DNA of 64,000 nt from Eledone cirrhosa (taxonomy: Eukaryota): assembly GCA_964016885.1 (NCBI GenBank), contig OZ024740.1, positions 12,648,001 through 12,712,000 on the forward strand. Direction: 5' to 3'. The notes under the pieces are model-generated. The model was not told the DNA's origin. It saw only the letters and a program-made list of their open reading frames with translations, and searched no databases. Below are positions 11,200-24,200 of the stretch, piece by piece. Numbering within the stretch: position 1 is the first letter of the stretch; every line of letters begins with the position of its first letter. The position numbers and the translations under genes are program-made.

Positions 11200-14100
11200 T
11201 CTAATGTCTCTAGTCTAATGTCTTGTCTCTAGTCTAATAGCTTGTCTCTAGTCTAATGTCTTGTCTCTAGCCTAATGTCTCTAGTCTAATGTCTTGTCTC
11301 TAGTCTAATATCTTGTCTCTAATCGAATGTCTTGTCTATAGTCTAATGTCTCTCGTCTAATGTCTTGTTTCTAGTCTAATGTCTCTAGTCTAATGTCTTG
11401 TCTCTAGTCTAATATCTTGTCTCTAGTCAAATGTCTCTAGTCTAATGTCTTGTCTCTAGTCTAATGTCTCTAGTCTAATGTCTTGTCTCTAGTCTAATGT
11501 CTCTAGTCTAATGTCTTGTCTCTAGTCTAATATCTTGTCTCTAGTCTAATGTCTCTAGTCTAATGTCTTGTCTCTAGTCTAATATCTTGTCTCTAGTCTA
11601 ATGTCTCTAGTCTAATGTCTTGTCTCTAGTCTAATGTCTCTAGTCTAATGTCTTGTCTCTAGTCTAATGTCTCTAGTCTAATGTCTTGTCTCTAGTCTAA
11701 TATCTTGTCTCTAGTCTAATGTCTCTAGTCTAATGTCTTGTCTCTAGTCTAATATCTTGTCTCTAATCTAATGTCTCTAGTCTAATGTCTTGTCTCTAGT
11801 CTAATGTCTCTAGTCTAATGTCTTGTCTCTAGTCTAATGTCTCTACTCTAATGTCTTGTCTCTAGTCTAATATCTCGTCTCTAGTCTAATGTCTCTAGTC
11901 TAATGTCTTGTCTCTAGTCTAATATCTTGTCTCTAATCTAATGTCTCTAGTCTAATGTCTTGTCTCTAGTCTAATATCTTGTCTCTAGTCTAATGTCTCT
12001 AGTCTAATGTCTTGTCTCTAGTCTAATGTCTTGTCTCTAGTCTAATGTCTCTAGTCTAATGTCTTGTCTCTAGTCTAACGTCTTGTCTCTAGTCTAATGT
12101 CTCTAGTCTTATGTCTCTAGTGTAATGTCTTGTCTCTAGTCTAATGTCTTGTCTCTAATCTAATGTCTTGTCTCTAGTCTAATGTCTCTAGTCTAATGTC
12201 TTGTCTCTAATCTAATGTCTTGTCTCTAGTCTAATGTCTCTAGTCTAATGTCTTGTCTCTAGTCTAATATCTTGTCTCTAGTCTAATGTCTTGTCTCTAG
12301 TCTAATGTCTCTAGTCTAATGTCTTGTTTCTAGTCTAATGTCTCTAGTCTAATGTCTTGTCTCTAGTCTAATATCTTGTCTCTAGTCTAATGTCTTGTCT
12401 CTAGTCTAATGTCTTGTCTCTAGTCTAATATCTCGTCTCTAGTCTAATGTCTCTAGTCTAATGTCTTGTCTCTAGTCTAATATCTTGTCTCTAGTCTAAT
12501 GTCTCTAGTCTAATGTCTTGTCTCTAGTCTAATATATTGTCTCTAGTCTAATGTCTCTAGTCTAATGTCTTGTCTCTAGTCTAATGTCTTGTCTCTAGTC
12601 TAACGTCTTGTCTTTAGTCTAATGTCTCTAGTCTAATGTCTCTAGTGTAATGTCTTGTCTCTAGTCTAATGTCTTTTCTCTAATCTAATGTCTTGTCTCT
12701 AGTCTAATGTCTCTAGTCTAATGTCTTGTCTCTAGTCTAATATCTTGTCTCTAGTCTAATGTCTTGTCTCTAGTCTAATGTCTCTAGTCTAATGTCTTGT
12801 TTCTAGTCTAATGTCTCTAGTCTAATGTCTCTAGTCTAATGTCTTGTCTCTAGTCTAACGTCTTGTCTCTAGTCTAATGTCTCTAGTGTAATGTCTTGTC
12901 TCTAGTCTAATGTCTTGTCTCTAGTCTAACGTCTTGTCTCTAGTCTAATGTCTCTAGTGTAATATCTTGTCTCTAGTCTAATGTCTCTAGTCTAAGATCT
13001 TGTCACTAGTCTAATGTCTCTAGTCTAATATCTTGTCTCTAGTCTAACGTCTTGTCTCTAGTCTAATGTCTCTAGTCTAATATCTTGTCTCTAGTCTAAT
13101 GTCTCTAGTCTAATATCTTGTCACTAGTCTAATGTCTCTAGTCTAATGTCTTGTCTCTAGTCTAATGTCTTGTCTCTAGTCTAATGTCTCTAGTCTAATG
13201 TCTTGTCTCTAGTCTAATATCTTGTCTCTAGTCTAATGTCTTGTCTCTAGTCTTATGTCTCTAGTCTAATGTCTTGTTTCTAGTCTAATGTCTCTAGTCT
13301 AATGTCTTGTCTCTAGTCTAATAGCTTGTCTCTAGTCTAATGTCTTGTCTCTAGTCTAATGTCTCTAGTCTAATGTCTTGTCTCTAGTCTAATATCTTGT
13401 CTCTAGTCGAATGTCTTGTCTCTAGTCTAATGTCTCTCGTCTAATGTCTTGTTTCTAGTCTAATGTCTCTAGTCTAATGTCTTGTCTCTAGTCTAATATC
13501 TTGTCTCTAGTCAAATGTCTCTAGTCTAATGTCTTGTCTCTAGTCTAATGTCTCTAGTCTAATGTCTTGTCTCTAGTCTAATGTCTCTAGTCTAATGTCT
13601 TGTCTCTAGTCTAATATCTTGTCTCTAGTCTAATGTCTCTAGTCTAATGTCTCTAGTCTAATGTCTTGTCTCTAGTCTAATATCTTGTCTCTAGTCTAAT
13701 GTCTCTAGTCTAATGGCTTGTCTCTAGTCTAATGTCTCTAGTCTAATGTCTTGTCTCTAGTCTAATGTCTCTAGTCTAATGTCTTGTCTCTAGTCTAATA
13801 TCTTCTCTCTAGTCTAATGTGTCTAGTCTAATGTCTTGTCTCTAGTCTAATGTCTCTAGTCTAATGTCTTGTCTCTAGTCTAATGTCTTGTCTCTAGTCT
13901 AATGTCTCTAGTCTAATATCTTGTCTCTAGTCTAATGTCTCTAGTCTAATGTCTTGTCTCTAGTCTAATGTCTCTAGTCTAATGTCTGGTCTCTAGTCTA
14001 ATATCTTGTCTCTAGTCTAATGAATTGTCTCTAGTCTAATGTCTCTAGTCTAATGTCTTGTCTCTAGTCTAATGTCTCTAGTCTAATGTCTCTAGTCTAA

Positions 14101-17100
14101 TGTCTTGTCTCTAGTCTAATGTCTCTAGTCTAATGTTTCTAGGCTAATGTCTTGTTTCTAGTCTAATGTCTCTAGTCTAATGTCTTGTCTCTAGTCTAAT
14201 ATCTTGTCTCTAGTCTAATGTCTTGTCGCTCGTCTAATGTCTCTAGTGTAATGTCTTGTCTCTAGTCTAATGTCTTGTCTCTAGTCTAATGTCTTGTCTC
14301 TAGTCTAATGTCTCTTGTCTAATGTCTTGTCTCTAGTCTAATATCTTGTCTCTAGTCTAATGTCTTGTCTCTAGTCTAATGTCTCTAGTCTAATGTCTTG
14401 TTTCTAGTCTAATGTCTCTAATCTAATGTCTTGTCTCTAGTCTAATATCTTGTCCCTAGTCTAATGTCTTGTCTCTAGTCTAATGTCTCTAGTCTAATGT
14501 CTTGTCTCTAGTCTAATATCTTGTCTCTAGTCTAATGTCTTGTCTCTAGTCTAATGTCTCTAGTCTCATGTCTTGTTTCTAGTCTAATGTCTCTAGTCTA
14601 ATGTCTTGTCTCTAGTCTAATATCTTGTCTCTAGTCTAATGTCTCTAGTCTAATGTCTTGTCTCTAGTCTAATGTCTTGTCTCTAGTCTAATATCTTGTC
14701 TCTAGTCTAATGTCTCTAGTCTAATGTCTTGTCTCTAGTCTAATATCTTGTCTCTAGTCTAATGTCTCTAGTCTAATGTCTTTGTCTCTTGTCTAATATC
14801 TCTAGTCTAATGTCTTGTCTCTAGTCTAATGTCTCTACTCTAATGTCTTGTCTCTAGTCTAATATCTTGTCTCTAGTCTAATGTCTCTAGTCTAATGTCT
14901 TGTCTCTAGTCTAATGTCTCTAGTCTAATGTCTTATCTCTAGTCTATTGTCTTGTCTCTAGTCTAATGTCTCTAGTCTAATAACTTGTCTCAAGTCTAAT
15001 GTCTCTAGACTAATGTCTTGTCTCTAGTCTAATGTCTCTAGTCTAATGTCTTGTCTCTAGTCTAATGTCTCTAGTCTAATGTCTTGTCTCTAGTCTAATA
15101 TCTCGTCTCTAGTCTAATGTCTCTAGTCTAATGTCTTGTCTCTAGTCTAATATCTTGTCTCTAGTCTAATGTCTCTAGTCTAATGTCTTGTCTCTAGTCT
15201 AACGTCTTGTCTTTAGTCTAATGTCTCTAGTCTAATGTCTCTAATCTAATGTCTTGTCTCTAGTCTAATGTCTCTAGTCTAATGTCTTGTCTCTAGTCTA
15301 ATATCTTGTCTCTAGTCTAATGTCTTGTCTCTAGTCTAATGTCTCTAGTCTAATGTCTTGTCTCTAGTCTAACGTCTTGTCTCTAGTCTAATGTCTCTAG
15401 TGTAATGTTTTGTCTCTAGTCTAATGTCTTGTCTCTAGTCTAACGTCTTGTCTCTAGTCTAATGTCTCTAGTCTAATATCTTGTCTCTAGTCTAATTTCT
15501 CTAGTCTAATGTCTCTAGTCTAATATCTTGTCACTAGTCTAATGTCTCTAGTCTAATATCTTGTCTCTAGTCTAACGTCTTGTCTCTAGTCTAATGTCTC
15601 TAGTCTAATATCTTGTCTCTAGTCTAATGTCTCTAGTCTAATATCTTGTCACTAGTCTAATGTCTCTAGTCTAATGTCTTGTCTCTAGTCTAATGTCTCT
15701 AGTCTAATGTCTTGTCTCTAGTCTAATATCTTGTCTCTAGTCTAATGTCTTGTCTCTAGTCTAATGTCTCTAGTCTAATGTCTTGTTTCTAGTCTAATGT
15801 CTCTAGTCTAATGTCTTGTCTCTAGTCTAATAGCTTGTCTCTAGTCTAATGTCTTGTCTCTAGTCTAATGTCTCTAGTCTAATGTCTTGTCTCTAGTCTA
15901 ATATCTTGTCTCTAGTCGAATGTCTTGTCTCTAGTCTAATGTCTCTCGTCTAATGTCTTGTTTCTAGTCTAATGTATCTAGTCTAATGTCTTGTCTCTAG
16001 TCTAATATCTTGTCTCTAGTCAAATGTCTCTAGTCTAATGTCTTGTCTCTAGTCTAATGTCTCTAGTCTAATGTCTTGTCTCTAGTCTAATGTCTCTAGT
16101 CTAATGTCTTGTCTCTAGTCTAATATCTTGTCTCTAGTCTAATGTCTCTAGTCTAATGTCTCTAGTCTAATGTCTTGTCTCTAGTCTAATATCTTGTCTC
16201 TAGTCTAATGTCTCTAGTCTAATGTCTTGTCTCTAGTCTAATGTCTCTAGTCTAATGTCTTGTCTCTAGTCTAATATCTTGTCTCTAGTCTAATGTCTCT
16301 AGTCTAATGTCTTGTCTCTAGTCTAATGTCTCTAGTCTAATGTCTTGTCTCTAGTCTAATGTCTTGTCTCTAGTCTAATGTCTCTAGTCTAATATCTTGT
16401 CACTAGTCTAATGTCTCTAGTCTAATATCTTGTCTCTAGTCTAACGTCTTGTCTCTAGTCTAATGTCTCTAGTCTAATATCTTGTCTCTAGTCTAATGTC
16501 TCTAGTCTAATATCTTGTCACTAGTCTAATGTCTCTAGTCTAATGTCTTGTCTCTAGTCTAATGTCTCTAGTCTAATGTCTTGTTTCTAGTCTAATGTCT
16601 CTAGTCTAATGTCTTGTCTCTAGTCTAATAGCTTGTCTCTAGTCTAATGTCTTGTCTTTAGTCTAATGTCTCTAGTCTAATGTCTTGTCTCTAGTCTAAT
16701 ATCTTGTCTCTAGTCGAATGTCTTGTCTCTAGTCTAATGTCTCTAGTCTAATGTCTTGTTTCTAGTCTAATGTCTCTAGTCTAATGTCTTGTCTCTAGTC
16801 TAATATCTTGTCTCTAGTCAAATGTCTCTAGTCTAATGTCTTGTCTCTAGTCTAATGTCTCTAGTCTAATGTCTTGTCTCTAGTCTAATGTCTCTAGTCT
16901 AATGTCTTGTCTCTAGTCTAATATCTTGTCTCTAGTCTAATGTCTCTAGTCTAATGTCTTGTCTCTAGTCTAATATCTTGTCTCTAGTCTAATGTCTCTA
17001 GTCTAATGTCTTGTCTCTAGTCTAAAGTCTCTAGTCTAATGTCTTGTCTCTAGTCTAATGTCTCTAGTGTAATGTCTTGTCTCTAGTCTAATATCTTGTC

Positions 17101-20100
17101 TCTAGTCTAATGTCTCTAGTCTAATGTCTTGTCTCTAGTCTAATATCTTGTCTCTAATCTAATGTCTCTAGTCTAATGTCTTGTCTCTAGTCTAATGTCT
17201 CTAGTCTAATGTCTCTAGTCTAATGTCTTGTCTCTAGTCTAATGTCTCTAGTCTAATGTCTTGTCTCTAGTCTAATATCTCGTCTCTAGTCTAATGTCTC
17301 TAGTCTAATGTCTTGTCTCTAGTCTAATATCTTGTCTCTAGTCTAATGTCTCTAGTCTAATGTCTTGTCTCTAGTCTAATATCTTGTCTCTATTCTAATG
17401 TCTCTAGTCTAATGTCTTGTCTATAGTCTAATGTCTTGTCTCTAGTCTAATGTCTCTAGTCTAATGTCTTGTCTCTAGTCTAACGTCTTGTCTCTAGTCT
17501 AATGTCTCTAGTCTTATGTCTCTAGTGTAATGTCTTGTCTCTAGTCTAATGTCTTGTCTCTAATCTAATGTCTTGTCTCTAGTCTAATGTCTCTAGTCTA
17601 ATGTCTTGTCTCTAATCTAATGTCTTGTCTCTAGTCTAATGTCTCTAGTCTAATGTCTTGTCTCTAGTCTAATATCTTGTCTCTAGTCTAATGTCTTGTC
17701 TCTAGTCTAATGTCTCTAGTCTAATGTCTTGTTTCTAGTCTAATGTCTCTAGTCTAATGTCTTGTCTCTAGTCTAATATCTTGTCTCTAGTCTAATGTCT
17801 TGTCTCTAGTCTAATGTCTTGTCTCTAGTCTAATATCTCGTCTCTAGTCTAATGTCTCTAGTCTAATGTCTTGTCTCTAGTCTAATATCTTGTCTCTAGT
17901 CTAATGTCTCTAGTCTAATGTCTTGTCTCTAGTCTAATATATTGTCTCTAGTCTAATGTCTCTAGTCTAATGTCTTGTCTCTAGTCTAATGTCTTGTCTC
18001 TAGTCTAATGTCTTGTCTTTAGTCTAATGTCTCTAGTCTAATGTCTCTAGTGTAATGTCTTGTCTCTAGTCTAATGTCTTTTCTCTAATCTAATGTCTTG
18101 TCTCTAGTCTAATGTCTCTAGTCTAATGTCTTGTCTCTAGTCTAATATCTTGTCTCTAGTCTAATGTCTTGTCTCTAGTCAAATGTCTCTAGTCTAATGT
18201 CTTGTTTCTAGTCTAATGTCTCTAGTCTAATGTCTCTAGTCTAATGTCTTGTCTCTAGTCTAACGTCTTGTCTCTAGTCTAATGTCTCTAGTGTAATGTC
18301 CTGTCTCTAGTCTAATGTCTTGTCTCTAGTCTAACGTCTTGTCTCTAGTCTAATGTCTCTAGTGTAATATCTTGTCTCTAGTCTAATGTCTCTAGTCTAA
18401 GATCTTGTCACTAGTCTAATGTCTCTAGTCTAATATCTTGTCTCTAGTCTAACGTCTTGTCTCTAGTCTAATGTCTCTAGTCTAATGTCTCTAGTCTAAT
18501 ATCTTGTCTCTAGTCTAATGTCTCTAGTCTAATATCTTGTCTCTAGTCTAATGTCTCTAGTCTAATATCTTGTCTCTAGTCTAATGTCTTGTCTCTAGTC
18601 TAATGTCTCTAGTCTAATGTCTTGTCTCTAGTCTAATATCTTGTCTCTAGTCTAATGTCTTGTCTCTAGTCTAATGTCTCTAGTCTAATGTCTTGTTTCT
18701 AGTCTAATGTCTCTAGTCTAATGTCTTGTCTCTAGTCTAATAGCTTGTCTCTAGTCTAATGTCTTGTCTCTAGTCTAATGTCTCTAGTCTAATGTCTTGT
18801 CTCTAGTCTAATATCTTGTCTCTAGTCGAATGTCTTGTCTCTAGTCTAATGTCTCTCGTCTAATGTCTTGTTTCTAGTCTAATGTCTCTAGTCTAATGTC
18901 TTGTCTCTAGTCTAATATCTTGTCTCTAGTCAAATGTCTCTAGTCTAATGTCTTGTCTCTAGTCTAATGTCTTGTCTCTAGTCTAATGTCTCTAGTCTAA
19001 TGTCTTGTCTCTAGTCTAATATCTTGTCTCTAGTCTAATGTCTCTAGTCTAATGTCTCTAGTCTAATGTCTTGTCTCTAGTCTAATATCTTGTCTCTAGT
19101 CTAATGTCTCTAGTCTAATGTCTTGTCTCTAGTCTAATATCTTCTCTCTAGTTTAATGTCTCTAGTCTAATGTCTTGTCTCTAGTCTAATGTCTCTAGTC
19201 TAATGTCTTGTCTCTAGTCTAATGTCTTGTCTCTAGTCTAATGTCTCTAGTCTAATATCTTGTCTCTAGTCTAATGTCTCTAGTCTAATGTCTTGTCTCT
19301 AGTCTAATGTCTCTAGTCTAATGTCTGGTCTCTAGTCTAATATCTTGTCTCTAGTCTAATGAATTGTCTCTAGTCTAATGTCTCTAGTCTAATGTCTTGT
19401 CTCTAGTCTAATGTCTCTAGTCTAATGTCTCTAGTCTAATGTCTTGTCTCTAGTCTAATGTCTCTAGTCTAATGTTTCTAGGCTAATGTCTTGTTTCTAG
19501 TCTAATGTCTCTAGTCTAATGTCTTGTCTCTAGTCTAATATCTTGTCTCTAGTCTAATGTCTTGTCTCTAGTCTAATGTCTCTAGTGTAATGTCTTGTCT
19601 CTAGTCTAATGCCTTGTCTCTAGTCTAATGTCTTGTCTCTAGTTTAATGTCTCTTGTCTAATGTCTTGTCTCTAGTCTAATATCTTGTCTCTAGTCTGAT
19701 GTCTTGTCTCTAGTCTAATGTCTCTAGTCTAATGTTTTGTTTCTAGTCTAATGTCTCTAATCTAATGTCTTGTCTCTAGTCTAATATCTTGTCTCTAGTC
19801 TAATGTCTTGTCTCTAGTCTAATGTCTCTAGTCTAATGTCTTGTCTCTAGTCTAATATCTTGTCTCTAGTCTAATGTCTTGTCTCTAGTCGAATGTCTCT
19901 AGTCTAATGTCTTGTTTCTAGTCTAATGTCTCTAGTCTAATGTCTTGTCTCTAGTCTAATATCTTGTCTCTAGTCTAATGTCTCTAGTCTAATGTCTTGT
20001 CTCTAGTCTAATGTCTTGTCTCTAGTCTAATATCTTGTCTCTAGTCTAATGTCTCTAGTCTAATGTCTTGTCTCTAGTCTAATATCTTGTCTCTAGTCTA

Positions 20101-21200
20101 ATGTCTCTAGTCTAATGTCTTTGTCTCTTGTCTAATGTCTCTAGTCTAATGTCTTGTCTCTAGTCTAATGTCTCTACTCTAATGTCTTGTCTCTAGTCTA
20201 ATATCTTGTCTCTAGTCTAATGTCTCTAGTCTAATATCTTGTCTCTAGTCTAATGTCTCTAGTCTAATGTCTTATCTCTAGTCTATTGTCTTGTCTCTAG
20301 TCTAATGTCTCTAGTCTAATATCTTGTCTCTAGTCTAATGTCTCTAGACTAATGTCTTGTCTCTAGTCTAATGTCTCTAGTCTAATGTCTTATCTCTAGT
20401 CTAATGTCTCTAGTCTAATGTCTTGTCTCTAGTCTAATATCTTGTCTCTAGTCTAATGTCTCTAGTCTAATATCTCGTCTCTAGTCTAATGTCTCTAGTC
20501 TAATGTCTTGTCTCTAGTCTAATATCTTGTCTCTAGTCTAATGTCTCTAGTCTAATGTCTTGTCTCTAGTCTAATGTCTCTAGTCTAATGTCTTGTCTCT
20601 AGTCTAACGTCTTGTCTCTAGTCTAATGTCTCTAGTGTAATGTCTTGTCTCTAGTCTAATGTCTTGTCTCTAGTCTAACGTCTTGTCTCTAGTCTAATGT
20701 CTCTAGTCTAATATCTTGTCTCTAGTCTAATGTCTCTAGTCTAATGTCTCTAGTCTAATATCTTGTCACTAGTCTAATGTCTCTAGTCTAATATCTTGTC
20801 TCTAGTCTAACGTCTTGTCTCTAGTCTAATGTCTCTAGTCTAATGTCTTGTCTCTAGTCTAATGTCTTGTCTCTAGTCTAATGTCTCCAGTCTAATGTCT
20901 TGTCTCTAGTCTAATATCTTGTCTCTAGTCTAATGTCTTGTCTCTAGTCTAATGTCTCTAGTCTAATGTCTTGTTTCTAGTCTAATGTCTCTAGTCTAAT
21001 GTCTTGTCTCTAGTCTAATAGCTTGTCTCTAGTCTAATGTCTTGTCTCTAGTCTAATGTCTCTAGTCTAATGTCTTGTCTCTAGTCTAATATCTTGTCTC
21101 TAGTCGAATGTCTTGTCTCTAGTCTAATGTCTCTAGTCTAATGTCTTGTTTCTAGTCTAATGTCTCTAGTCTAATGTCTTGTCTCTAGTCTAATATCTTG
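11200..21200. repeat. Older, imperfect tandem duplication, period about 5340-5405 bp
   Basis: At +5405: TTATG 12109/17514, GTCTTTTCTC 12671/18076, GATCT 12996/18401. At +5339: GAATT 14022/19361, AGGCT 14141/19480, AGACT 15007/20346. Boundaries are approximate. Confidence 0.8.
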
Positions 21201-24200
21201 TCTCTAGTCTAATGTCTCTAGTCTAATGTCTCTAGTCTAATGTCTTGTCTCTAGTCTAATGTCTTGTCTCTAGTCTAATATCTTGTCTCTAGTCTAATGT
21301 CTCTAGTCTAATGTCTTGTCTCTAGTCTAATATCTTGTCTCTAGTCTAATGTCTCTAGTCTAATGTCTTTGTCTCTTGTCTAATGTCTCTAGTCTAATGT
21401 CTTGTCTCTAGTCTAATGTCTCTACTTTAATGTCTTGTCTCTAGTCTAATATCTTGTCTCTAGTCTAATGTCTCTAGTCTAATGTCTTGTCTCTAGTCTA
21501 ATGTCTCTAGTCTAATGTCTTATCTCTAGTCTATTGTCTTGTCTCTAGTCTAATGTCTCTAGTCTAATATCTTGTCTCTAGTCTAATGTCTCTAGACTAA
21601 TGTCTTGTCTCTAGTCTAATGTCTCTAGTCTAATGTCTTGTCTCTAGTCTAATGTCTCTAGTCTAATGTCTTGTCTCTAGTCTAATATCTTGTCTCTAGT
21701 CTAATGTCTCTAGTCTAATATCTCGTCTCTAGTCTAATGTCTCTAGTCTATTGTCTTGTTTCTAGTCTAATATCTTGTCTCTAGTCTAATGTCTCTAGTC
21801 TAATGTCTTGTCTCTAGTCTAACGTCTTGTCTTTAGTCTAATGTCTCTAGTCTAATGTCTCTAATCTAATGTCTTGTCTCTAGTCTAATGTCTCTAGTCT
21901 AATGTCTTGTCTCTAGTCTAATATCTTGTCTCTAGTCTAATGTCTTGTCTCTAGTCTAATGTCTCTAGTCTAATGTCTTGTCTCTAGTCTAACGTCTTGT
22001 CTCTAGTCTAATGTCTCTAGTGTAATGTCTTGTCTCTAGTCTAATGTCTTGTCTCTAGTCTAACGTCTTGTCTCTAGTCTAATGTCTCTAGTCTTATATC
22101 TTGTCTCTAGTCTAATGTCTCTAGTCTAATGTCTCTAGTCTAATATCTTGTCACTAGTCTAATGTCTCTAGTCTAATATCTTGTCTCTAGTCTAATGTCT
22201 TGTCTCTAGTCTAATGTCTCTAGTCTAATGTCTCTAGTCTAATATCTTGTCACTAGTCTAATGTCTCTAGTCTAATGTCTTGTCTCTAGTCTAATGTCTT
22301 GTCTCTAGTCTAATGTCTCCAGTCTAATGTCTTGTCTCTAGTCTAATATCTTGTCTCTAGTCTAATGTCTTGTCTCTAGTCTAATGTCTCTAGTCTAATG
22401 TCTTGTTTCTAGTCTAATGTCTCTAGTCTAATGTCTTGTCTCTAGTCTAATAGCTTGTCTCTAGTCTAATGTCTTGTCTCTAGTCTAATGTCTCTAGTCT
22501 AATGTCTTGTCTCTAGTCTAATATCTTGTCTCTAGTCGAATGTCTTGTCTCTAGTCTAATGTCTCTCGTCTAATGTCTTGTTTCTAGTCTAATGTCTCTA
22601 GTCTAATGTCTTGTCGCTAGTCTAATATCTTGTCTCTAGTCAAATGTCTCTAGTCTAATGTCTTGTCTCTAGTCTAATGTCTTGTCTCTAGTCTAATGTC
22701 TCTAGTCTAATGTCTTGTCTCTAGTCTAATATCTTGTCTCTAGTCTAATGTCTCTAGTCTAATGTCTCTAGTCTAATGTCTTGTCTCTAGTCTAATATCT
22801 TGTCTCTAGTCTAATGTCTCTAGTCTAATGTCTTGTCTCTAGTCTAATATCTTCTCTCTAGTTTAATGTCTCTAGTCTAATGTCTTGTCTCTAGTCTAAT
22901 GTCTCTAGTCTACTGTCTTGTCTCTAGTCTAATGTCTTGTCTCTAGTCTAATGTCTCTAGTCTAATATCTTGTCTCTAGTCTAATGTCTCTAGTCTAATG
23001 TCTTGTCTCTAGTCTAATGTCTCTAGTCTAATGTCTGGTCTCTAGTCTAATATCTTGTCTCTAGTCTAATGAATTGTCTCTAGTCTAATGTCTCTAGTCT
23101 AATGTCTTGTCTCTAGTCTAATGTCTCTAGTCTAATGTCTCTAGTCTAATGTCTTGTCTCTAGTCTAATGTCTCTAGTCTAATGTTTCTAGGCTAATGTC
23201 TTGTTTCTAGTCTAATGTCTCTAGTCTAATGTCTTGTCTCTAGTCTAATATCTTGTCTCTAGTCTAATGTCTTGTCGCTAGTCTAATGTCTCTAGTGTAA
23301 TGTCTTGTCTCTAGTCTAATGCCTTGTCTCTAGTCTAATGTCTTGTCTCTAGTTTAATGTCTCTTGTCTAATGTCTTGTCTCTAGTCTAATATCTTGTCT
23401 CTAGTCTGATGTCTTGTCTCTAGTCTAATGTCTCTAGTCTAATGTCTTGTTTCTAGTCTAATGTCTCTAATCTAATGTCTTGTCTCTAGTCTAATATCTT
23501 GTCTCTAGTCTAATGTCTTGTCTCTAGTCTAATGTCTCTAGTCTAATGTCTTGTCTCTAGTCTAATATCTTGTCTCTAGTCTAATGTCTTGTCTCTAGTC
23601 GAATGTCTCTAGTCTAATGTCTTGTTTCTAGTCTAATGTCTCTAGTCTAATGTCTTGTCTCTAGTCTAATATCTTGTCTCTAGTCTAATGTCTCTAGTCT
23701 AATGTCTTGTCTCTAGTCTAATGTCTTGTCTCTAGTCTAATATCTTGTCTCTAGTCTAATGTCTCTAGTCTAATGTCTTGTCTCTAGTCTAATATCTTGT
23801 CTCTAGTCTAATGTCTCTAGTCTAATGTCTTTGTCTCTTGTCTAATGTCTCTAGTCTAATGTCTTGTCTCTAGTCTAATGTCTCTACTCTAATGTCTTGT
23901 CTCTAGTCTAATATCTTGTCTCTAGTCTAATGTCTCTAGTCTAATATCTTGTCTCTAGTCTAATGTCTCTAGTCTAATGTCTTATCTCTAGTCTATTGTC
24001 TTGTCTCTAGTCTAATGTCTCTAGTCTAATATCTTGTCTCTAGTCTAATGTCTCTAGACTAATGTCTTGTCTCTAGTCTAATGTCTCTAGTCTAATGTCT
24101 TATCTCTAGTCTAATGTCTCTAGTCTAATGTCTTGTCTCTAGTCTAATATCTTGTCTCTAGTCTAATGTCTCTAGTCTAATATCTCGTCTCTAGTCTAAT

